Shown: positions 9,079 to 18,586 of the stretch, piece by piece
Layout of the letters: each line of letters starts with the position of its first letter
How positions within the stretch are numbered: position 1 is the first letter of the stretch
NCBI GenBank assembly: GCA_947254705.1
Contig: CAMYCX010000001.1
Location: forward strand, 2,616-66,615
Source: an uncultured Veillonellaceae bacterium
Lineage (GTDB): Bacteria > Bacillota > Negativicutes > Veillonellales > Negativicoccaceae
Length of the DNA stretch: 64,000 nt
Direction of reading: 5' to 3'
Position numbers and translations under genes: made by a program
The notes under the pieces: model-generated
Databases searched by the model: none
What the model saw: only the letters and a program-made list of their open reading frames with translations
What the model was told of the DNA's origin: nothing

Positions 9079-10317
9079 ATGAGACAAATCGGATTATCCG
9101 CCCAAATCGGGATCGGTATGCTGGCGGGGATCGTCGTCGGTTGGGCATTGCAAGGCACGCCGGAAATCGCCACCGCCTGGCTTCAACCGCTGGGGTCACT
9201 GTTTTTACGGCTCATCAAATTAATCATCGTGCCGTTGGTACTGGCTTCACTGGTCACCGGGGTCTGCGGTCTCGGTGATATTCGTCGGTTGGGGTCGATC
9301 GGCGGACGTACATTTATCTATTATTTTCTGACGACGGGTGTGGCGGTCACGCTCGGGATCGTGCTTGCCAATGTATTGGATGTCGGCGCCGGCTATGTGC
9401 TCACGGCCGGTACGGCCGCGGAAGTCACCGTGAAGGAGGCCCCCGGCATTGCCGATGTACTGCTGGGCATGATTCCGACAAATCCGATCCAGTCGCTCAC
9501 GGAAGGCAATATGCTGCAAATCATCGTCTTTGCCATTCTCTTCGGCATGGGGATCCTCGCCGTCGGCGACTCGGCACGTACCGTGGAATTATTCTTCCGC
9601 GGTGTGGCCGATGTTATGTACATGATCACCGCTTGGATTATGAGACTTGCCCCCATCGGGGTCTTCGGCCTGATTGCCCCGGTCATCGCCAACAACGGGC
9701 CGGCCGTTTTGCTGCCGCTGCTCAAACTCATTTTGATCGCGGCACTGGCCAGTGTGCTGCACCTGTTCGGCGTGTACGGCATGATCGTCCGGCTCGTGTC
9801 CCGTATCAGTCCGTTGGACTTTATTCGTAAAGCGTTCCCCGCCATGGCGGTCGCCTTTACCACGTCCAGCTCATCGGGAACACTGCCGGCCAGTATCCGT
9901 GTCGCCCAGGATAATTTCGGCGTGGATAAATCGATCGCCAGTTTCGTTTTGCCGCTCGGGGCCACGATCAATATGGACGGCACGGCCATCTATCAAGGGG
10001 TCTGCAGCATTTTCATCGCCCAAGTATTCGGTATCGATCTGACTGCCGGTCAACAGCTCATGGTCATTCTGACCGCCACTCTCGCCTCCATCGGCACCGC
10101 CGGTGTACCGGGAGCGGGCATGATTATGCTGATGATGGTACTGCAATCCACCGGGTTGCCGCTCGAGGGAATCGCACTCGTTGCCGGTGTTGATCGGATC
10201 CTTGACATGATTCGGACATGCCTGAACGTTACCGGCGATATCAGTTGCGCCGTTGTGATCAACTCGTTGGAAGGCGAAATTCACTTACCCGACAATACCG
10301 AACCTCTGGCCAAATAA
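9079..10317 (+). CDS. dicarboxylate/amino acid:cation symporter (DAACS family)
   Basis: Polytopic; 'ATINMDGTAIYQG' and 'GVPGAGMIMLMMVL' motifs typical of GltP/DctA/SstT family. RBS AAAGGAGAG; upstream TATAAT at 9035-9040. Confidence 0.85.
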   Translation: MRQIGLSAQIGIGMLAGIVVGWALQGTPEIATAWLQPLGSLFLRLIKLIIVPLVLASLVTGVCGLGDIRRLGSIGGRTFIYYFLTTGVAVTLGIVLANVLDVGAGYVLTAGTAAEVTVKEAPGIADVLLGMIPTNPIQSLTEGNMLQIIVFAILFGMGILAVGDSARTVELFFRGVADVMYMITAWIMRLAPIGVFGLIAPVIANNGPAVLLPLLKLILIAALASVLHLFGVYGMIVRLVSRISPLDFIRKAFPAMAVAFTTSSSSGTLPASIRVAQDNFGVDKSIASFVLPLGATINMDGTAIYQGVCSIFIAQVFGIDLTAGQQLMVILTATLASIGTAGVPGAGMIMLMMVLQSTGLPLEGIALVAGVDRILDMIRTCLNVTGDISCAVVINSLEGEIHLPDNTEPLAK

Positions 10318-10328
10318 AGACCACCGCC

Positions 10329-10358
10329 ACGCGCGATCTCCGGATTGCGCGTTTTTTG
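10329..10358 (+). terminator. probable terminator after symporter
   Basis: ACGCGC...GCGCGT stem followed by TTTTTT. Confidence 0.5.
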
Positions 10359-10508
10359 TCCGGTTTTGCCGCCGCTACGCGACACAGTCTTGTCGTAACG
10401 ATGCCCGCGAAGCCCTTATTTTGACAAATATCGAAAAATGTTGTAAAGTAAAAGTGAAGATTCTCGATTCACTGCGACGGCAGTTTGTACAACAAAGAGG
10501 TGTTTATT

Positions 10509-11207
10509 ATGAAAATGAATATGTTACGCGGAGTTCTTATCGGCGCACTGCTCGCACAAGGCGCAGTCGCCGCCGTTGAAGCACACGGCACGGATGCCGC
10601 TCATCGGGCGGAAGTCTATACCCAACAGACGAAAGCCCATATGGCCAAAGCCCATGCAACAAAAGCACATGCACATCCGGCGGTTCCTGCCGAATTGAAA
10701 TCGTACCGTCATCTCGTCAAAGACTTGCGCGGCGGACAAGCCAAGGCACCGATTTGGATCGCCGCCAGCGATGTCAAATCGTACTATCTCGCACTGAATC
10801 AAATCGTTGCGGCCTACCCGCAAGATACCCTGGACCAATACCGTGCGACCGTTCGTGAAGTACCGACATCGTACTATGTACGTGACGTATTGATTCCCGC
10901 TCGTAAAGACGCCGGTCTTTCCGTCGACGGGTATCAGGACTATGCGTACTCGATGACGACCTATCAAATCGAAGTCGTCCGTCAGGCACAACCGCAACCG
11001 CGTAAATCGTCGCAATACGTCAAACACGTACCGACGGAATATCGCGTTGCCAAGATCAGCCAAAAAGACTATACGGCCGATCATCAGCTGCTCGGCGAAC
11101 AAACATGGAACGAATCGTTGGCCGTTGCCGCACCGGGCAGCGATGCCTACATTTTGGCGGCCGGCGTGGACCGTTACACCTATCGGTTCCGCCCGACAGG
11201 ACAATAA
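10509..11207 (+). CDS. secreted hypothetical protein with His-rich N-terminal repeats
   Basis: Signal peptide MKMNMLRGVLIGALLAQGAVAA. Repeated KAH motifs (HGTDAAHRAE...KAHMAKAHATKAHAHP). RBS AAAGAGGTG. A longer antisense ORF on the minus strand looks spurious. Confidence 0.6.
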   Translation: MKMNMLRGVLIGALLAQGAVAAVEAHGTDAAHRAEVYTQQTKAHMAKAHATKAHAHPAVPAELKSYRHLVKDLRGGQAKAPIWIAASDVKSYYLALNQIVAAYPQDTLDQYRATVREVPTSYYVRDVLIPARKDAGLSVDGYQDYAYSMTTYQIEVVRQAQPQPRKSSQYVKHVPTEYRVAKISQKDYTADHQLLGEQTWNESLAVAAPGSDAYILAAGVDRYTYRFRPTGQ

Positions 11208-11225
11208 CAGAAAGGAAGATCCAGA

Positions 11226-11564
11226 TTGAACCCGACGTACCAGACCTATTCTCAACTGTTCAAAGCATTGAGCGATGAAACACGATTGCGTATTATTGAT
11301 ATGCTTTCCTGCAGCGAGTTGTCCGCGTGTGACCTCTTGCAAAGCTTTTCGTTGTCTCAATCGACCTTGAGTTACCATATGAAAATATTGGTCGAACCAG
11401 GTCTTGTCAACGCCAGGCGTGACGGACTGTGGATGCGCTATTCCATCAATAACGAACGATTTGCGGAAATCTTGCAATTCCTGCCGCAACTCTATCAAGT
11501 GAAAGACGAGTGCGTCTGCCGGCAAATCAAGTATTGTCGCGAAGACGACTGCTGCGAAATGTAA
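11226..11564 (+). CDS. ArsR/SmtB family metal-sensing transcriptional regulator
   Basis: 'LSDETRLRIIDML' HTH start, 'ELSACDL' alpha3-type site, 'QSTLSYHMKIL' recognition helix. Cys-rich C-terminus CVCRQIKYCREDDCC. TTG start after AGGAAG. Confidence 0.75.
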   Translation: MNPTYQTYSQLFKALSDETRLRIIDMLSCSELSACDLLQSFSLSQSTLSYHMKILVEPGLVNARRDGLWMRYSINNERFAEILQFLPQLYQVKDECVCRQIKYCREDDCCEM

Positions 11565-11799
11565 TCTCCGCAATCTGCTATACACCCCTGTCATGTCGGA
11601 TCCGGCATGGCGGGGGTGTTTGCATTCCGCCGCGTCGTATGCCGACCGTACGGTATCGACAGGAATATGAAGCGCGTCTCTTGCTAATTATGCAACTGAC
11701 AAATAAACGCAAGACAAGTGATTATTGAATACGATATAATATATACATGTTATATTTGATGGCTACGGCGATCGGTCAACTCGTGAAGGAGTGATGTGT

Positions 11800-13185
11800 A
11801 TGAATTTATTATTGGCGTTACTGGTAACCGTATGGGTGGGGTATTTCATCCTGAAACGGTACAAACCGCAGACCATCTTGTTCATCGGCGGTATGGTGCT
11901 GATGTTGGCCTCGGTGCTGCTCGGATACGGGCATATCTATTCACCGGAAAAAAGTACCGGTTTCTTATTATTTGACGTATTTGAATTTATCCGCGAAACA
12001 TTGTCAAGCCGGGCGGGCAAACTCGGTCTGAACATCATGGCGGTCGCGGGCTTTGCGCGCTACATGGACCATATCGGCGCCAGCCGCGCATTGGTCAACC
12101 TGACCATTCAACCGCTGCTCAAACTGAAATCGCCGTACCTGGTGATGAGTTTCTGTTGGGCCTTGGGGATGCTGCTGGGGCTCGCCATCAACAGCGCCTC
12201 CGGTCTGGCGATGCTGCTGATGGTCACCATGTTCCCGATTTTGGTGGCACTCGGCGTCAGCCGTCTTTCGGCGACCGCCGCTATCGCAACGACACTGTGC
12301 CTCGACTGGAGTCCGAGCGATACGGGTACGATTTTTGCGGCGGAACTTGCCGGCATCGACCCTGTCATCTACTGGCATGATTACCAAGTACCGATTGCGC
12401 TTTGCGTGTTTCCGGTGGTCGGTATTTTACATTATTTCACCCAGAAATACATGGATAAACGGGACGGTCATGTCGTTCGCCCGTTGGACGATCACGACAA
12501 AATCGAAGTCAATACTGAGCATGTGTCCCTCTCCAACACCCAACCGCCGCTCATTTTCTCGATTTTACCTTTAGTTCCCTTGGCGTTGATTTTGATATTC
12601 AGCCCGTTGATGATTGAATCCATTCAGATGGATATCATCAAGGCGATGCTCATCGGTACTTCCGTCGGTATGATTGCGCAATACATCCGTACCCGCAACG
12701 CCAAAGAGGTCTGTGAAGATCTCGGCGTATTCTTTGACGGTATGGGCCGACAAATGGCGCAAGTCGTTACCTTGATTGTCGCCGGTGAAACGTTTGCCAA
12801 AGGGTTGATGGTCAGCGGAACAATTGACCAGCTGATTGCCGGTACCCATTCCGGCGGTTTCGGCGCGATCGGCCTGACGCTGACGATGACATTGATCATC
12901 GGTGTCTGCGCCGTCGTCATGGGATCGGGCAATGCGCCGTTTTTTGCCTTTGCCAATCTCGTTCCCGATATTGCCGCCAAAACCGGTATGGCGGCCGTAC
13001 TCATGGTACTGCCGATGCACTTTATCGCCAGCTCGGCGCGAGCGATTTCGCCGATTACCGCCGTTATCATCGTGTCCAGCGGTATGGCGGGTATCTCCTC
13101 GTTTGACTTGGTCAAACGTACCGCGATTCCGATGATCGGCTCCTGCCTGACCGTCGTCATCATGAACTTTGTATTGTTCCTGTAA
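11800..13185 (+). CDS. dcuC: C4-dicarboxylate transporter, DcuC family
   Basis: Strong resemblance to E. coli DcuC as recalled, including 'GSGNAPFFAFANLVP' and the C-terminal 'FDLVKRTAIPM' region. RBS GAAGGAG. Confidence 0.85.
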   Translation: MNLLLALLVTVWVGYFILKRYKPQTILFIGGMVLMLASVLLGYGHIYSPEKSTGFLLFDVFEFIRETLSSRAGKLGLNIMAVAGFARYMDHIGASRALVNLTIQPLLKLKSPYLVMSFCWALGMLLGLAINSASGLAMLLMVTMFPILVALGVSRLSATAAIATTLCLDWSPSDTGTIFAAELAGIDPVIYWHDYQVPIALCVFPVVGILHYFTQKYMDKRDGHVVRPLDDHDKIEVNTEHVSLSNTQPPLIFSILPLVPLALILIFSPLMIESIQMDIIKAMLIGTSVGMIAQYIRTRNAKEVCEDLGVFFDGMGRQMAQVVTLIVAGETFAKGLMVSGTIDQLIAGTHSGGFGAIGLTLTMTLIIGVCAVVMGSGNAPFFAFANLVPDIAAKTGMAAVLMVLPMHFIASSARAISPITAVIIVSSGMAGISSFDLVKRTAIPMIGSCLTVVIMNFVLFL

Positions 13186-13226
13186 GCGACACGATCCGTT
13201 GCATATTGCCCTAACGGAAACGCGCA

Positions 13227-13266
13227 CAAAAAGAAGCGTATACAATTGCTGTATACGCTTCTTTTA
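13227..13266. terminator. bidirectional rho-independent terminator between dcuC and the MATE gene
   Basis: Perfect 13-bp stem AGAAGCGTATACA / TGTATACGCTTCT flanked by A-run and T-run. Confidence 0.8.
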
Positions 13267-13268
13267 AT

Positions 13269-14618
13269 TCATTGTGCCGACAACTTTTTTTGTAACCATC
13301 TAAGTCGCATGTTATACAAAAATGCTGCAACAAACACACTTCCGATATTTCCAAACCAATATGCATACGGCCCCCAAGGCGTCACATATTCAAGAAAAAT
13401 TCCTCCGCCAATTCCTACGCCCCAATAGGTAATTAGCGCCACCCCCAATACAAACCGAACATCTTTGTAGCCGCGCAAAGCACCTTGAATCGGTACGCCA
13501 AAAGCATCCGCTAAATTAAAGCACATCGCCAACGGGATAAACGTGGAAATCAATGCCGCCAATCTGTCGTCTGATGTATAAATAGAAGCGACCCGGCTCA
13601 TCTCATAATAACACCACACAAAAAGAAATGCCGACACCGCAACCGTAAACAATTGTGCCAACCTTGCATACCGATATGCCTGCTGTATTTGCTTTCCGCC
13701 GAGCGAAAAACTACACAAAATCGTAGCCGCGATTCCCACTGACATCGGCAACGTATAAATTAATTCCGAAAAATTGTACGCTGCCTGATGCGCTGCAATA
13801 ATACTCGTTCCAAATTGTGTAATCAGTAATCCTACCACGGTAAAAGAACTAATTTCCAAAAAATTCGCCAACCCAATCGGTATACCAATCCGCAATTGAT
13901 CTCCACACAAACGCACGTTCACCGGATCCCATCGATGAAAGACTGCATACTCGCTAAACGGTCGTCGAGCGAACAATATACCGCTAAATATTACACAATT
14001 AAATGCATTAGAAACCGAAATTGCCAACCCTGTACCAGCGCCCCCCAGCTCCGGGAATCCGAAACGCCCGTAAATCAAACAATAGTTTAATAAAACATTT
14101 ACAACAAAACCCATGCTCATGACAACTAATGACATTTTCGTTTCACCGTGTGCATCAATAATGTTGCGAAATGTAACTGCCAAAAAAGTAGGAATGATTC
14201 CCCAACCAATGTAAAACAAAAATCTATTGGCAATTTCTTGTACCTGAGCATCCAACCCTAGTGCCTGCACAATAAACGGCAAAAGGAAAAAACAGCCGCC
14301 CATAACCAAAATGCCTATTATCCCTGCCACATATGCCGATTGCCGAATCATTTCAGGGATACCGTCTCGTCGCCCAAACCCCAACTTCTGTCCAATCAAA
14401 GGCGTAATTCCCGCAAATATCCCTGTAGCCGGCAGGAGTATCGGTAGCCATAAATTAACTCCTACCGATACTCCTGCCAAATCATATTCACTATGTTGCC
14501 CTGCCATTGCAGTGGAACAAAAGCTGCCTGCAATCATCATTACTTGTGTTAAAAAAATGGGAAACCAAATATTCCAGAACTGAATCCACATTCCCCATTT
14601 GCTGCTCATATGCCGCAT
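13269..14618 (-). CDS. MATE family efflux transporter
   Basis: 449-aa polytopic protein with NorM/MATE-like 12-TM profile. Last gene of the low-GC island operon. Confidence 0.8.
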   Translation of the reverse strand: MRHMSSKWGMWIQFWNIWFPIFLTQVMMIAGSFCSTAMAGQHSEYDLAGVSVGVNLWLPILLPATGIFAGITPLIGQKLGFGRRDGIPEMIRQSAYVAGIIGILVMGGCFFLLPFIVQALGLDAQVQEIANRFLFYIGWGIIPTFLAVTFRNIIDAHGETKMSLVVMSMGFVVNVLLNYCLIYGRFGFPELGGAGTGLAISVSNAFNCVIFSGILFARRPFSEYAVFHRWDPVNVRLCGDQLRIGIPIGLANFLEISSFTVVGLLITQFGTSIIAAHQAAYNFSELIYTLPMSVGIAATILCSFSLGGKQIQQAYRYARLAQLFTVAVSAFLFVWCYYEMSRVASIYTSDDRLAALISTFIPLAMCFNLADAFGVPIQGALRGYKDVRFVLGVALITYWGVGIGGGIFLEYVTPWGPYAYWFGNIGSVFVAAFLYNMRLRWLQKKLSAQ

Positions 14619-14637
14619 ACCAACCTCATATTCGACC

Positions 14638-15960
14638 TCAATCTATTACATGTCGCCGCAACCGATTTTTATCTACTGTTTTCAAATATAACATATATCC
14701 CAAGAAAAGCAGAAAAAATGCATCAAAAAGCGGTCGCAATCCTGCTGCATACACCGCATAGCAAGAATATAAGATTCCAAGCATCGTAAACACAGTCATT
14801 CTGTGTCTAGCAGACCATCCGACTTGCGCTTTTGCTAAAATTTTATCCAAAGACAAACAACAAATGATATACGGAAGAACATTGGTAATTACCGCTAAAT
14901 CAACAATTCGTTCAAATTGAGCAAACAAATTGGTATCTATTGTCATGAGTGCAAATCCCGATTGTATTGTCAATAAAATGATCATGCCCCAAACCGGTAC
15001 ACCATAGCGATTAAGTTTAGCAAAAACACGCGGATATGCTCCGGATTCACCGCATCCTTTGAACACCTGTGACATCGTAAATTGCCAACACAAAAGCGCT
15101 CCACAACAAGAAACGACCATCATTGTCATGATCACACGACCGATTCTACCATTAAACATCGACGAAAAAGCCAATCCGAACGGTGCATTTGAAGTCAATA
15201 ACTCAGCATTCGGAACAATTCCGGCCATAATATTTGTAGATAGAATATAAATCATAGCCACAAATAAAGTCCCCATAAATGTAGCCCTTGGCACATCTCT
15301 CTGAGGATTTTCAATGGACTCCATATTCGCTGCCGCTGATTCAAATCCCAAAAAGGTCCACAGTGTCAATACAATTGACTCGCTGGCTGCTTCAAAAACC
15401 GGTAACCGATTAGGATTCCATGCTTGGACATACAGATCAAAATCGAACCAGCACCAACCGACAACACTCATAAAAGCAACCGGTAAAATTGCTCCCCATA
15501 CCGTTACGGAACTGATTTTTCCTGTCCATCCGCTTCCAGCAAAATTAGCCATTCCGGCAATCCACAATAACGCGATCGTAGCAAATGCACCTTGCAATGG
15601 CGAAAAATTCCACTGCATCAACGTCTCAATATATCCTACTGCCGAAATAGCGATTGCCACAATACCGACAACTAATGAAATCGAGTAAGAAAAGTTTGTT
15701 AAATAATATCCTGCCAGTCCGAAACGATACGCCGCATATCCTCCCATGCCACCGCGGTGTCTGGAATACATCCCGCACTGCGCAAAAACATGCGCCAAAC
15801 ATAATGCTCCCAGTGCAGTTACCAACCATGACAAAATAGAGATTGTGCCTACTTGCGCCAACTTTGTCGGTAACATAATAATCCCTGCTCCCAACATATT
15901 CGCCGCGGTCAACATCGTTAATTGCCAAACATTCATTTTTTTTGCAGGTTTCCCAGTCAT
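14638..15960 (-). CDS. APC-family basic amino acid/polyamine antiporter (PotE/CadB-like)
   Basis: 440 aa; strong similarity throughout to E. coli PotE as recalled (GAGIIMLPTKLAQVGTISILSWLVTA..., GMGGY, AISAVGY, IVPNAEL). RBS GGGGAGGAAACA. Confidence 0.85.
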   Translation of the reverse strand: MTGKPAKKMNVWQLTMLTAANMLGAGIIMLPTKLAQVGTISILSWLVTALGALCLAHVFAQCGMYSRHRGGMGGYAAYRFGLAGYYLTNFSYSISLVVGIVAIAISAVGYIETLMQWNFSPLQGAFATIALLWIAGMANFAGSGWTGKISSVTVWGAILPVAFMSVVGWCWFDFDLYVQAWNPNRLPVFEAASESIVLTLWTFLGFESAAANMESIENPQRDVPRATFMGTLFVAMIYILSTNIMAGIVPNAELLTSNAPFGLAFSSMFNGRIGRVIMTMMVVSCCGALLCWQFTMSQVFKGCGESGAYPRVFAKLNRYGVPVWGMIILLTIQSGFALMTIDTNLFAQFERIVDLAVITNVLPYIICCLSLDKILAKAQVGWSARHRMTVFTMLGILYSCYAVYAAGLRPLFDAFFLLFLGYMLYLKTVDKNRLRRHVID

Positions 15961-16061
15961 TGTTTCCTCCCCTGTTGAGATAACCCGTTAATTATTGCAG
16001 AAAGGAAAAGAGGGACAAGGCATTTGCCTGTCCCCCACCCCTACTACAGAGAAATGCCCGA

Positions 16062-17456
16062 TCAGTACACGTCGTACTTAACCATATCCTCGTAAGTATC
16101 TTCCTTACGAATCAACTTCACTTCTCCTTCTTTCGTAATCAATACAACTCCCGTCCGAGGACGATTGTTATATACAGTTTGGCTTTCAATCGTATATGCA
16201 CCGGCGTCCAGGAATACCAGAATATCCTTCAGATTTGTTTTTTCCGGAAGCAAATATTCTTCTCCTTTAATGCCATAATGGTAATAATCTCCACCATCAC
16301 AAAGCGGACCTGCCAGTTTGAAATAATGATCATGCGACTGTCCAACCTGCGATGCATTGTAAACATAGAAGAACCAACCGTAATGTTGTGCATCCGACAA
16401 CACATTGTAACCGGCATCAATAAACTTCCAGTCCACATGACGTTCTACATTTCCGTTGACATCATAATTTGTTTTTCTCTTGTCTAAACATACTTCTGTC
16501 AACATCACCGCAGCAGAGCCGACAACTTTACGACCCGGTTCGAGACAAATTTCGATATCTTCACGCCATTTCTTTACTTCGGAAATGATTGCATCCGCAA
16601 AGTCTTGCGCAGTAATTCCCGGATACATATTGTCTTCCAAGGGATTTCCGTTTTCTTCATCATATTTATACGGAGTAGGAATACCGCCGCCGACATTGAT
16701 CAGCTCAAACTTATAATCCAATACTTTTTCCAAACGCATGGATTCTTCTACTAAAACCCGAGTTGCTTTACGGAATGGATCCGATTCCGGCACCTGATCC
16801 CCTACATGCATATGTAAACCTTTTAATTTTACATAAGGCATTTCCAAAATCCGCTTGCAAACACCTTCTGCCTGTTCCAAATCAATCCCTGATTTAGCAT
16901 GATACGCTGTCACCAGACCGGCATGCGTAGCGGAAGGCACGTTCGGTTCCACACGAACACATACGTTCGCGGTCTTTTTCAAGCGGCGCGAAATTTCATC
17001 GATCACGTCCAACTCATGTATACTGTCAACATTAATAAGATACAGCTCGTTGTCAATTGCAAATTCCAAATCTTCTGGTTTTTTAACCACACCGTTGAAA
17101 ACAATTTGATCGCCTTTGAAACCGATTTCCAAGCATTTTCTTACTTCATATAACGAGTTGGCTTCTGCGCATACGCCTGTTTTTTTGATGCTGCGCAAAA
17201 TTTCCATTACCGAACAAGCTTTTGACGCATAGAAAATCTTTGTATTCGGATACGATGCAAATGCATCCTTGATTTCCTGTAAATTCCGGTCAATTTCTTT
17301 TTCCGAATACACATACAGCGGCGTTCCGTATTGACGAGCGATGGCTTCCAAATCCGCTCCGTCAAAAAACAGCTTACCATCTTTTTCGGTAAAACGACGA
17401 TCGTTATTTACCAAATCCTTACGCAATCCGTTAAAACGTTCCAAAATTTGATCCAT
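16062..17456 (-). CDS. fold-III (alanine-racemase-fold) PLP-dependent decarboxylase, Orn/Lys/DAP decarboxylase family; possibly D-ornithine/D-lysine decarboxylase-like
   Basis: 464 aa. 'YASKAC' PLP-Lys motif, 'HMHVGDQV' (HIGSQ-like), '[17 protein letters not shown]', 'CDGGDYY' substrate-loop motif. Confidence 0.85.
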   Translation of the reverse strand: MDQILERFNGLRKDLVNNDRRFTEKDGKLFFDGADLEAIARQYGTPLYVYSEKEIDRNLQEIKDAFASYPNTKIFYASKACSVMEILRSIKKTGVCAEANSLYEVRKCLEIGFKGDQIVFNGVVKKPEDLEFAIDNELYLINVDSIHELDVIDEISRRLKKTANVCVRVEPNVPSATHAGLVTAYHAKSGIDLEQAEGVCKRILEMPYVKLKGLHMHVGDQVPESDPFRKATRVLVEESMRLEKVLDYKFELINVGGGIPTPYKYDEENGNPLEDNMYPGITAQDFADAIISEVKKWREDIEICLEPGRKVVGSAAVMLTEVCLDKRKTNYDVNGNVERHVDWKFIDAGYNVLSDAQHYGWFFYVYNASQVGQSHDHYFKLAGPLCDGGDYYHYGIKGEEYLLPEKTNLKDILVFLDAGAYTIESQTVYNNRPRTGVVLITKEGEVKLIRKEDTYEDMVKYDVY

Positions 17457-17473
17457 TATTCCCGCCTCCTTAA

Positions 17474-18586
17474 TTAGTCTTTTGAAATAAATTTTTTAAC
17501 CACACCGTTAGTCTGACATGCTGCAAGCAATCCGGTATAGTCAAGCTCAAACTCAATGTAATCTCCCAACGCATACGAGTGATCACAATCTTCGATATCT
17601 ACAATGGTGTGATCACTGGTTTGGCCAAGCACACTGATCTGATCATCACAGGGCGTACAGTTTTCAACCGGTACATCTTGACGCCCAAATGCCAATAACG
17701 CACGTTTGCGAGTTCCTCGATCCTCAAACTCTTTCTTTTGCAAAAATGCATCTACTCCCAATTCCCCTACAGGAACTGTCGGTTTGGCATTCAACTCAAT
17801 AATCTCCGCACGTAACACATACAAATCAGAGACTGCCTTATCAATCGGCTTTTTCGAATGATGGTATTGATCCAAATATTTCATATCCACATATTCGATA
17901 CCAAACTCATGCAATCCGCCAATCCGCAAATGATTCAACCCCGGATTCCAGACTCCTTTATCAATCAAATGATAGCTTGTACAGTTACCCGCAGAAAGTC
18001 GACTGATTTTTACGCCGGTTTTTTCCTGTATCCGTTGTGCCAATGCCACAAAATCATCACTATTCTTCACTGTCGGCATAACAGTCCCGTAACAGTTATA
18101 ATTTGTTCCCAAACCATACAACGTCAACGAGGGCGTCCGATCAATCAATGTCACCAAGCGACATATTTCATCTTCTTTTTCAAACCAAACGCCTTCCCGT
18201 AAATCACCCATATCCACCATCAGCAAAATTGCATGTTTTTTGTTTTGATGCGCCGCTTCTTCTGCCAGCGCTAAAATAACCTCCTCTTCTGAGTTCAAGC
18301 TGATGTCTGCATATTTCACTACATCCGGAATTTCACTCAAACAGGGACTGCGTAGTAAACATGTTGTGCAGCCGATGTCCCGAATCTTTTTCAGATTATA
18401 TACCCGAGATTCGGCAATGACCGAAATCCCGCCGTCATACACCGCCTTTGCCGTTTCAACACAACCATCAAAGACTTTATTGACCGCCATCACTTCCACG
18501 CCATGGGAAGCAAGCTCTTGTTTTTCTACTCTTGCATTATCTTCCAACTTACCCAAATCGATCACTAATTGAGGCTTATACATCAT
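17474..18586 (-). CDS. alanine-racemase-fold PLP enzyme, ornithine/lysine racemase-like (Orr/YhfX family)
   Basis: 370 aa. N-terminus '[14 protein letters not shown]...[40 protein letters not shown]' resembles ornithine racemase N-terminus (PLP-Lys in VNKVF). Overlaps upstream permease by 4 nt. Confidence 0.65.
   Translation of the reverse strand: MMYKPQLVIDLGKLEDNARVEKQELASHGVEVMAVNKVFDGCVETAKAVYDGGISVIAESRVYNLKKIRDIGCTTCLLRSPCLSEIPDVVKYADISLNSEEEVILALAEEAAHQNKKHAILLMVDMGDLREGVWFEKEDEICRLVTLIDRTPSLTLYGLGTNYNCYGTVMPTVKNSDDFVALAQRIQEKTGVKISRLSAGNCTSYHLIDKGVWNPGLNHLRIGGLHEFGIEYVDMKYLDQYHHSKKPIDKAVSDLYVLRAEIIELNAKPTVPVGELGVDAFLQKKEFEDRGTRKRALLAFGRQDVPVENCTPCDDQISVLGQTSDHTIVDIEDCDHSYALGDYIEFELDYTGLLAACQTNGVVKKFISKD

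Noticed and set aside
10524-11594. 356-aa minus-strand ORF spanning the secreted-protein and ArsR genes
   Set aside because: Arg/Cys-rich low-complexity translation typical of antisense reading. The plus-strand ORFs have a signal peptide, HTH motifs and RBSs.
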